NCBI GenBank assembly: GCA_002633005.1
Contig: NMRA01000582.1
Span: forward strand, 38,610-102,609
DNA: 64,000 nucleotides
Reading direction: 5' to 3'
Source: Phoronis australis
Taxonomy: Eukaryota > Animalia > Phoronida
Notes under the pieces: generated by a model
The model's database searches: none
What the model saw: only the letters and a program-made list of their open reading frames with translations
What the model was told of the DNA's origin: nothing
Translations under genes and position numbers: made by a program
In this document: positions 14,801 to 26,800 of the stretch, piece by piece
Numbering within the stretch: position 1 is the first letter of the stretch
Layout: the number at the start of each line of letters is the position of its first letter

Positions 14801-17800
14801 GGACTCCAACTTAAGACTCAACCTTTCCCTCAGACGCTGAATGCAATACGAATGTGTAGAACTCATTCAAAACTGTTCAGGATTATTTCATGATTATTAA
14901 GTCTGAGATATGTTCTCTAGAGGTAAAGATATCGACCTAAATCTGTGCTAAGCCGGAGCCAAAGGCTCGTTCTGTTAGCGGCAATGTGGCAATATAGAAA
15001 CCCAGAGTCACAGAATTTAACTTGACATGTTAAGTGCAGGAAGTACTTGCATTGTGTACTAACTAGAACCAGATGACATGCTCAGTTCATGACTCAGTAA
15101 TGTTGTAACAGAAATAGTAATAGTTATATTTTAAAAAGAAAATATTAAGTCAGTTTTTTATAACGATCTAATATCAATTACTGACTTTCACCAATGTCAG
15201 TATGTTCGAGTTCACTGACTTACTGGTGATGCAGTGTTCAAGATAGTGGCTTGTGAACAGGAGGATCCCATGATTGAATGACGTTGCCATAGCAGCAGTC
15301 AGTATGGAGAATTATTTACTCCGCAATATGAGCTTATAACTTCATGATCTGTCCAAGTCATATACGAATTAGAATTATTACAAATTCTTTGATACTTCTG
15401 TCCTCTGATTGGCTGAAACAGGGTTCAACAACTTGTAGCACAATATTCGTGTGAAGCTTCACTTTTCATTCATGCCATCTGCATATCAGATGTCGCTGTT
15501 TGAGATCTGACCAGTAAGAAACCATACACCCTGACCAAGAAGTAAGCTGACAATGTCAGTTCATTAAGGCAGGAAAGAACAAGCGAATCTAATTAGAGAC
15601 AAAAAAACAGAGGAAAGAAGTGTCAGTGATCATGGAATATATCTAATAAAGGCCGTTCTCTCAGGTGTATCAGGTCACACTGACCTATCTAATATAGGCC
15701 GTTCTCTCAGGTGTATCAGGTCACACTGACCTATCTAATATAGGCCGTTCTCTCAGGTGTATCAGGTCACACTGACCTATCTAATATAGGCCGTTCTCTC
15801 AGGTGTATCAGGTCACACTGACCTCGGGAGAGTAACAGTGACTTTGTTTCCCCAGTGTTTACTACCTTATGTCATCCCCTGTATCAGTACGTATATTGTC
15901 AGAATGTGCAGTGCTAGACAATGTTCTTTTCCATTTTGTTATTGTGCACTTAGTTCATTCTACCAGTTTTAATTCTATGCAAAATTAAATGTGGTTGTTT
16001 TTGTGTGCTATCATTTGATATCAATCCAAAGTTTCATGGCTACATCCTGGAGACTGAAGGTCATACAGTACACACTTACCTTTAGTTAGTTCATGTTTGT
16101 TGAGCTACCGTACTGTGAATGTGTCAGTGATGCAGTTTTTGGTTTACAACCTGCTGACATAGCATCTAGTTTCATTGCAAAGCAGCTGTTTGGTTTGTGT
16201 AGGGTATTATTGACAAGTCTCTGTTTAGCCAAATGTCTACAAAATTAGATTTAGTCACTAAAATAATGTGTGAATATGTATGTATGTATGTATATATATA
16301 TTCGTAAATTTTAGCAAAAAGAAAGGTTCATTGATAACAAAACAATGGTATCTGAAAGATGTTCCAGATGATCTCTCAAAAGCATTTTTGTTGTGTGGGA
16401 TTTAAGAACTTTTTCATGAAAATCATAAAAGTCCTATTTTTGATTACCTCTCGTGCAAAAGTGAACATTTTGACGAGAATTCCTCGCAGCCTTTTGAAGA
16501 ACAGCGCCTTAAGCAATAGTATCCAAAAGTTTCATTTGAATCCAGTCGGCCATTTCTGAGATGTGGTGTTCTGAAGTTAACTAAATTCGGACGTTTTTCG
16601 TGGGTCCTAGCATAACCTTAATTGGATTTGTTCTGAGAATATGTTTTCAGAATTGTAGAAGTTTCTGAAGCAAAACTTGTTATTGAAGATTTTATAAGTA
16701 GAAACTGCTTTTTTCATTTTTCATACTAATTGACAGAGCTTCCTTCCATGGTAGTCCACCGCAGGGTTCCCGCATCATTTGCTATTCTACATTGATTTTG
16801 TTCTGTCAAGTACGGCCTTTCTGTTGAATACCGTGTATTTAGTAATGAAGGGCTCGCCAATGGTTACCATAGAGTTCCGTCAGTTTATAAGCTTCAATAA
16901 ACACGAGCTCTCTGGGACTGTCACCAGGATATTTTATGGTGAAACTGTGTAAAACTATTAACAATCAATATCTTGCTTATCTGAGGTCATTAGCCTTTAA
17001 ACCCTTTGCAGTAAAGTGAGAACCTATTACAATTTCAAACGTGTATTGTACAATTCATGCATTTCACCAAGGTCAATATGTAGTTTTTCAGACCTCAAAA
17101 AGTGGCAAAGACCGGGGCGAAGTCAAGACCAATATCAATTTTTTTAGTCTGAAAACTGCGTAGGGATTTAGACTGTAAGTCAATAGTTGTTTAGTACACG
17201 ATTGCCAATTGAAAATGATGAACTAAATTCAAAGTGAAGTGTTTTTATTCCTAAAATAAAGTTCCTATTATTATAACAACACAGAATTTGTAGAGTAAAT
17301 ATTGCAACAACAAAACATTTTATCGATCGATAAGAGGATTTTAAAATGCTAAAAGGAAATCCTGTACTGAATATTTTTTGTGACTTCACCTAAGGTCAAC
17401 ATAAATAGTCTTCTAGTTATCTAGGACCTTATCAACAAGTCATGCCTTTAGTCAAATATCTACAAAACTGGAAATGAAGTCTGCTAAATGGAAATCCTGC
17501 AGACATTGGTTTTGAACTTAATGCCAATCTGCCTTTAAAAAGAAAAGGAAAAAGAAAAAAAAAACAATGGTATCAATAATTTGACAAAATTTCACTTGAT
17601 ATAAATGTTACAGTTTTTTAAAAATGTAGTTTCGATTTCGTTTGTTGTAATTTTTGAGTTTTTTTCATGCGAATTATAGAAGTCGTATGTTTTTATTCTC
17701 GCTCATGTTAAGGTGGAACATCTTGAAAACAATTCATCACAGTTTGTGNTTGTGCACTTCGTTCATTCTACCATTTTTAATTCTATGCAAAATTAAATGT

Positions 17801-20800
17801 GGTAGTTTTTGTGTGCTATCATTTGATATCATTCCAAAGTTTCATGGCTATACCCTGGAGACTGAAGGCCATACAGTACACACTTAAGTTAGTACATGTA
17901 TGTTGAGTTACGTACTGTGAAAGTGTCAGTGATGCAGTTTTTGGTTTACAACCTGCTGACATAGCACCTAGTTTCATTGCAAAGCAGCTGTTTGGTTTAT
18001 GTAGGGTATTATTGACAAGTCTCTGTTTAGCCAAATGTCTACAAAATTAGATTTAGTCTCTAAAATAATGTGTAAATATGACTATGTATGTATGTATATT
18101 CGTAAATTTTAGCAAAAAGAAAGGTACATTGATAACAAATCAATGGTATCTGAAAGATGTTCCAGATGATCTCTCAAAAGCATTTTTGTTGTGTGGGTTT
18201 TAAGAACTTTTTCATGAAAATTATAAAAGTCCTATTTTTGATTACGTCTCGTGCAAAAGTGAAACATTTTGACGAGAATTCCTCTGCAGCCTTTTGAAGA
18301 ACAGCGCCTTAAGCAATAGTATCCAAAAGTTTCATTTGAATCCAATCAGCCATTTCTGAGATGTGGTGTTCTGAAGTTAACTAAATTCGGACGTTTTTTG
18401 TGGGTCATAGCATAACCCTAATTGGATTTGTTCTGAGAATATGTTTTCAGAATTGTAGAAGTTTCTGAAGCAAAACTTGTTATTGAAGATTTTATAAGTA
18501 GAAACTGCTTTTTTCATTTTTCATACTGATTGACAGAGCTTCCTGCCATGGTAGTCCACCTCAGGGTTCCCGCATCATTTGCTGTTCTACATTGATTTTG
18601 TTCTGTCAAGTACAGCCTTTCTGTTGAATACCGTGTATTTAGTAATGAAGGGCTCGCCAATGGTTACCATAGAGTTCCATCAGTTTATAAGCTTCAATAA
18701 ACATGAGCTCTCTGGGACTGTCACCAGGATATTTTATGGTGAAACTGTGTAAAACTATTAACAATCAATATCTTGCTTATCTGAGGTCATTAGCCTTTAA
18801 ACCCTTTGCAGTAAGGTGAGAACCTATTACAATTTCAAACGTGTATTGTACAATTCATGCATTTCACCAAGGTCAATACGTAGTTTTTCAGACCTCAAAA
18901 AGTGGCAAAGACCGGGGCGAAGTCAAGACCAATATCAATTTTTTTAGTCTGAAAACTGCGTAGGGATTTAGACTGTAAGTCAATAGTTGTTTAGTACACG
19001 ATTGCCAATTGAAAATGATGAACTAAATTCAAAGTGAAGTGTTTTTATTCCTAAAATAAAGTTCCTATTATTATAACAACACAGAATTTGTAGAGTAAAT
19101 ATTGCAACAACAAAACATTTTATCGATCGATAAGAGGATTTTAAAATGCTAAAAGGAAATCCTGTACTGAATATTTTTTGTGACTTCACCTAAGGTCAAC
19201 ATAAATAGTCTTCTAGTTATCTAGGACCTTATCAACAAGTCATGCCTTTAGTCAAATATCTACAAAACTGGAAATGAAGTCTGCTAAATGGAAATCCTGC
19301 AGACATTGGTTTTGAACTTAATGCCAATCTGCCTTTAAAAAGAAAAGGAAAAAGAAAAAAAAAACAATGGTATCAATAATTTGACAAAATTTCACTTGAT
19401 ATAAATGTTACAGTTTTTTAAAAATGTAGTTTCGATTTCGTTTGTTGTAATTTTTGAGTTTTTTTCATGCGAATTATAGAAGTCGTATGTTTTTATTCTC
19501 GCTCATGTTAAGGTGGAACATCTTGAAAACAATTCATCACAGTTTGTGTTGGAGGAGAGTGCATGAAACGTAGTATGTGTGTTTTGAAGGAGAGAGCATG
19601 AAACGTAGTGTGTGTGTTTTGGAGGAGAGTGCATGAAACGTTGTGTGTGTGTTTTGAAGGAGAGGGCATGAATGTAGTATGTGAAAGTTTCATATGAATC
19701 CAATGTGACATATTTGAAGTATGATGTCTTGAAGTTGGCAAAATTTGGACATGATGAAGTTGTGTGACGAATACCCACTGTGGCTTGCGGACTAAAAAAT
19801 TCCAGCATTGAGTTGCGATGGGATCTTTAGTACTTAAAAACATTTTAGAAGCAATTGGAGGAGTGTTATTACAACATCGGTCAATATGAATATTTATCAA
19901 CTCCGTAATATTGACCGCTAGGGAGTTCAAAAGTTCATAATCTGTCGGCAACATATAACTGGAGACAGTAAAGTCATGTCTTAGTAAGACTCCATGTGTA
20001 CATGTACATAGCTATGATTGGTTGTTTGAGTTTCAAACAATTTGATATCGCAGTTCCATTATACCTGGTACCACATCTGTTACTACACTTTAAACATTTT
20101 CTAAAACTAAATCATTGCCATAATCAAGTGAATCAGTAATCAACATTATCGATTTCATAGTTACGAATGTTTCCCGTTTTTGTGTTTTATTTATGGAAAT
20201 CAGTGGTGTCCTCACACAGATGCACACACAGGTCTCACACTGCGGACAGTAGACAGAATCAGATGACCGCTAATTTTTGTCCAAGAGTAAACTCCCCTGT
20301 GCCTTAGTCCAACCAGCACAGTCACTTGCACTGCTTAGTTGTCTGTGAACATCATGGTATGTGTCGGATGATTAGTGTTTTATCATCAAGTCCTGTTGAG
20401 ACTTGAACTTGTCTCTCTTATCCTATTGATTTCTCCGCGTTTTCTCAGTCGCTATTTTTCTGTTGAGATCCCGTGTTTTATTCTGCACTTGTGTTATTGT
20501 AGCTGCACAATGGCCGACTGTTGGATAGTTGTTGAGAATGATAAGTGTTTAGGGAGATGTAAGTGAAACAGGAGTGTGGTGCTGTGGTGACGTTACATGT
20601 TGTTGAAGGGCGTGGCACTGTCTTTTGGTGCCTTGGGAATGAGCAAGTTTTCTGAAGCTACTTCACATACAGTAGATTCTTGTGCCAAGACATGCTGTGT
20701 ACAAATATTTTGGTTTTAAATTACTGTATTGTTGCTGCATGTTAAATTAATTTCCTTGTTGTGTTACGGACAAGCTGGAAAGGAATCATACTAAAATATA

Positions 20801-23800
20801 TCGGCATTCCAAATAGCATACAATAGTCCTGAGAGACATGGTTAACAGCCATCGTTACCAGTCTGTGAATGCTTATGGAAAGTCTATAATATCTAAACAA
20901 AATTCATACAGCTTGATATGTATCACTCATCTTAATTCATTGATCTACAGAATCATCTCTGAATAACTGCTACCTGTGTGTTTTTGTGCCTCATGCAACT
21001 GAAATGTTAATATATCCTGCTATGTGTAAGACGTGTGACTGAATAATGTTCTTCTGCAGGTCATGAAGTCTCTGAGGAGTACAACCCTTGCGTGACCGAC
21101 CTACAGCTTAGAATACAGAAGGTAAGTTAGATGTAGAGCCATTCTTGACGTCCATGTTGCCAGCTTGGCTGAGCATAACATACGCTGGTGAACTACTGAA
21201 GTGATAACACTGATGTAGTGTTCTTGGTCTTCAGTCTATAATGTTGGCCTTCTGTTTAGGACACAAAATGGACACAACGGTGGGATTTCTTTTTGTCGAA
21301 TCTCCTAAGAAAAATAAAAGTTAGGAAAGTTCATTTCCATTTCCATGGTTTGTACTGTTTGGGTGTCATGTAAAATTTAGCATTTTGAGCATTTGTTGAC
21401 ATGCAAGTAAGCTATTGAATTAGACGAATTTATCATCTGTTTTTATCCTAGATTGAAGAATCTTTGTCATAAGTTGGCCTCATTGGTTTTTTCTATTGCA
21501 TTGTGGTCCTTCAGTATTGACAGTGCCATCTAACAACGTGACAGAAAAAAACATACAAAACATAAGTCTTCATTATGAAGCAGAACTAGATCTTTGGAGG
21601 GGTCTTCGTCAGTTACACTTTCCCAACAACAGTTGGGTCTCTGGAAAAATTCTGGATGTTTAAATCATCCATAAGTGGCCCAAAATGCTTTCCAGAATTG
21701 CTGAAATGTAAATGAGAAACTTTCACTGCTGAAATCATAACTTGTAGTAATTAAAATTTCTTATTGTCTAATCACCTGTTACATCTTCTCATCCACCATT
21801 TCCGATAGTGAAATATCTCTCGACCAAATAAATGGTAATGAAAAAATTCAAAACTTACAACTTTTGTAGGACTCACTGACCAGTTGTTGATATAAGTAAT
21901 GCACACGTAGATTCATCTGCTGGCCTTACTCTACATCAGGTGCACCACCGAGTCTGCATTGCGTGTCTTGTTCACTTATATAAGTGCACCGCTTTCTGTG
22001 TCTTATTCACTTAAGTGCAAGATTCACTTTTGCATGAAACGCATAGTCTGAATTCTGATGCAAGTCGCGTTGTCCACTATTGCTGTATTTAGTCTGCTTG
22101 TTGTGCTGTTGACTGCACACCTTTGGCATGGCGCAAACTTACATGGCTCAACTATACGTGTGGCCGAAATCTGACACGGCACAAATTAACACCTGTTTTT
22201 GAGGTAGTGCAAATGGTGTCACCAACGCCTTGTTCTGTGTAAACTCGCCTTCGAGATGAATAGTTACATGAAAATCTGATTTCAATCATGTCTTAGCTGC
22301 TCTATCTGTACTACTTAGCTATCTGTTTGTGGTAATGTGTTGCTGCAGCGTGTTTTTTATCCATCACTGACCCTTACCACAATTTCTGAGTTTGCCTCGG
22401 GAATAGTCGGTGATACTTATAATTTCCGCTGTGTCAGTTTGCGCTGAGTCACAAGGTTATTTTTGAACGTAGCATCTTTAGTGTTAACAGGGCCTCCATT
22501 TTGATAGAAAGGTATTTGTAATGATTATGGTGGCGCGAGTATGGAATCGATGATAATAATGGTAATTACAACCATAATAATAATAATAACAGTCATGCTA
22601 GTGAGCCTATTGATGTTGTGACAAGTACTTGCTGTGATTTTTGGAGCGAAGATACAGAAAATTTCCTTCATTTTGTGCGCAGAACAAAATTTATCATTTT
22701 CCTGAAAATTCCATGTCGTGATTGTGCGTTTGAAACAAACAAGTTTCTAATTTCTAAGTCCCAGTTCTCTTGCTCATCTGGCAACAGTTTTATCTCAGGT
22801 ATTCTAACCATTATTAAGTTAAATTTTAAATTTGATTTTTTGTTTAGATAAAGATTACAATTCATGGGCAATGTCTTCAGGGAACCCAAACAGTGTATTG
22901 TTGATCCGTGGGAGAGTCACTCATTCCTGTGAGGCTGTTTGAATAACCTTGTTCACTTCTCCCTAATCACCTTAGTTATCAATTAACTTTCTTAATCTCT
23001 TTGGTATGAGAGTGAGACCATTTGATCATTCAAGGGGATGTGTAAGATTTTGAGAAGGGACTGAGGCTGCTTGTTCGTAATCAGTTATGAATGTAAAGTG
23101 TTAGGTGTAGAGCTTAGAAGTTGTCTTTGATTGTGACGGCTTGGTAGTTTGTGATCACGCTATTTGCCATAACACAGGCCGCTTGCGCTGCAACTGAAGA
23201 CAACAAACAAATATCACCGTCCATGTCTGTACAATGCTTCTATTGTTGAGTACAATCACTATGGTGGGTGCACATGTTCAGATATGTCACAAAGTATCAG
23301 TATGGAGTCGAAGTACTGTTTATGTCTAAATGTCTTTTACCCCTTCTCATATCAGCTCATCATCCATTAGAAACAGGTTGAAAGAGGGAGAACAACAGAG
23401 AACAAACCATTAAGGGCTGTGTTGAAACGCATTTACAAGTAGGATATAACTTTTACGCAGCAGGCGTTGCTAAACTAATGTCATTGTGCACTTTCTGAGT
23501 TGCTCTTTCTTGGTTTACAACTTGTAGAGTAGAGTTATGGGGTTCTTATGTGAAATAATGGTGGCTAGTCACTTGAGATTAACGGTGGTGCCATCTAGCT
23601 GATGTGGGAATAGTTAACTGTCTGCTTATGAATGACTGTCAAACTTGAGATACAGTAAAAGCCCAATGGATGAAGGCGTTGTTTGAAGTGGATAGGTGTA
23701 CATTTAAAGCTTGTACTCTTTTCAGCTAGAAGGCATTTGTCATCAGCACCATCTAATTAGTTTCTATTACTTTGCTTAGGGACCGCAGTCTCCAAACTTT

Positions 23801-26800
23801 ACTCGAGACTCAACTTGAAAATTGACCAAAAATACTCAAAGCAAGGCACGCGATTCGTCAATTTTCAAATCGAATCACGAGTAAAGTTTGGTGGTCAAAG
23901 GTGCAGATCTCCACTATCTTTTGAAGTGCCATTTATTTATTTTTTACTTGCTAGCATTACGTGAGATTTGTTCAGTCTCTTTTGCAGATTGCTTGACAGT
24001 TTCTATTCTTTTCATGTTTTGCCAATCATGAGTTATTACCTGTTCTGTTAGTCTTGTCATTTTGTTTCTCGCTTGCACCTCTTTTCCTTTTGCAGCTCCG
24101 GGAAAATTTTGTTAATTTCCGATGGGAGGGCGAGAAATTGATGAACAAAATACTCTCAGTACGCTGCCAGGTATAGGCTGACTCCGCGTGCATGCCGTCT
24201 GCCACTGTTTAAACTTGTCATGCATTCCATTGAAAAAGCTCAGTTTTGTTCGATGAAGATTGGCCAATGCCATGCTTGAAAGTAATTTTGACACAAAAAA
24301 TTGGTGACACTGGTCGTAACGCGACTGACTGAACCAACCACCACTGCCACATACCTGAGTATGAATTCAAAGTTTTTAACGAAAGCGCTTCGTCATGTGG
24401 GAATATTATGTGATGCTGCATGACTGTCTATTAAACTGGTGATGTTTTCTGTAGTGTCCATGAACACTATTTTTCACTTCGAAATGAACCTGGCAAATGA
24501 TCAATTGTTTTGATTATAGGACCATTGAATACTATCTAATGATCTAATGATACAATATCTCAATAATTTATAAGCCTCTGCAGTGCTTACTATTTTTTAT
24601 GACACAAGAGATTTGTCAGTTATCAGCCTCCGCTACTTTTTTTGTATCGTGCACACAGGTTCATGATGCTCTTAAATATATGATTAAAAGGGTGTTCTTT
24701 GGGGAACTTGGCTATGATATGCATGTTGCTGTGGTTATGTAGGACCCTCGAAAAATGGCCAAGTTTGACAAACTTTGGAACAACGTATCTCAGAAATGGC
24801 TGATTGGATTCACGTGAATCTGTCAGATACCGGGCTTTATGCACTGTTCTCAAATGTACCGTGTGGAATTATTTTTTTAAATTTCCATTTTTGCGTGAGC
24901 AGTATCATAAAATGGGAATTTGATGATAACTTTGAAAAATGTAACACCTGTTTTGAGATTTCATCTTGAATATTTATAATATATGGAACAAAATTTGGTC
25001 TTCTTATCTATATTGTTGTTTTTGAATGTACCTTTTTTGGTAAACTTTACTAAAAAGACATGGTCATGTGACCCAATTAATAACAGATTGATATAAAACC
25101 AAAAATCAGTTTCTGCATGCTTTCTACATTCAGAAAATATGTACTTTTAAATCTATAGTTCTGTATATATATGACTAAATACACTGACAAGGTCCTACAT
25201 AACCTTATAGAAGTTCAAAGGATGATAACAATGTGGTTTTATGTAAACAAAATATACTTAATGGTTTTCACAGTTTCCCCAATGCCAAGGTCAATCTACA
25301 AATCACAAACCTCGAACTAAAAAAATGAAGCCAACAGTGGTGTGTTTTCTTGTTGAAGAGATCAATGATTCCGTTGTTCCTTATAGTCCACCTTATAGTC
25401 CACCTTATAGTCCACCTTATAGTCCACGGTGTTATCTTGTGCAATTGGCTACGCTACCTCGTCATTTCCGAAAACTAAGAATGGCTTCCACCTCAAGTCA
25501 TGTGGCTTTAAAAACAAAATTAGGTCAAATACTTCTGCTGCTTGGTCGCAATGTTTCATCTTACGTTTGTCTAATTTATAACAAGCATGCCTGATTGTTT
25601 AGTATTTTGCTTTTTTGTTGTATCCAGTACAATCGCATGTTTTGTTTTACCAAACATTTATGTTTTAAAGCTTCTCTCATGCTAACGTAGCTCTAGTTCC
25701 ATAGGAACGTCGATGTAATTTCAAATGGCAAAATGGCTTCGATAGTTAGCGGACACCAAAGTTATCTCTGTTTGATCTATGAGTCATCAAAGTTATTACA
25801 AGGTGGCTATCCAAAAATGTTATGCAGGGTGTATTTTTAATTTGAAGTATTGCCTGTATGTTCAGATAATAAATGAATTGAAGTGCATATAGTGACTATT
25901 GGTGAATATTTGAAAAAATGTGAAACAATTGTCAGCTTCATCTGTTGATAACTTCGATGACACCGAAATTACCCGTTCACTCGCTGCTGTGTTATCCACC
26001 TGCTTTAACTCCAAAGTTAAGTTGTGCTGGTAACCCCAGTCCATGACTGAAGTTAACCATTCACATCGACTGAAACTCCCCAAAACATGTATGTGTCGAC
26101 GTTTATATGGAAGACCATTTAGTCCAAAGTGCATGTTTAACGAGTAGTCATTGGTGCTTAGTCACGCTGAAGACTTCTAACAGCTACAGTAGATTTACAC
26201 CTTCCCTAAGTACTGCAACTGCTGCAACTGTAAACGCATGTCTACACCCTCAAATGGAGGTACTCATCACAAATTGAAGTAAAAATATAAAGTAAAGATA
26301 TTTACTGTTTTAGTGGTGTTATCATTGAAATATTTTTCATCATTTTCCTTTAAATTTTAAGTTTTGTGTGGAATAGTTGAGATTGACGTAATTTTTGCAA
26401 TAATTAGGTATCCTGTCTTTTAATTTTCAATGGTTCTTATTTACGATCATCTCCTTGCATAATTAATTAATGGGGGTTCTCTCACGGTGTTTTCAAAGTC
26501 AAATCATTGTCTATAATTTAGAACCACATAATGTAGGTGATGGAGAAAGTGAACATTGACGTGTGGTACATCGAGTCTAAAGTCTTGTCTACACACAGCT
26601 TACCTTAGAATAACTTGCAGTAGTGCAACTTAGCCCACTTTTAAGTGGAGCATCCAACTGCACATTTCGGATAACTAGGGTAAGGCGAAGTTGTCGCTCT
26701 GTGCACGACAATGGACGTCTAATGCAAATACGACACGCAAAAGAACACCCGTCTATATGTGACTGCAGTTGCCAATTACTCACGCCTTGCCCCAGGTTTG

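Noticed and set aside
14834-14922. Exon-like segment with a ccctcag acceptor and gag|gtaaag donor
   Set aside because: Stops in all three frames from that acceptor; the shorter open versions are phase 0-0 in a phase-1 intron
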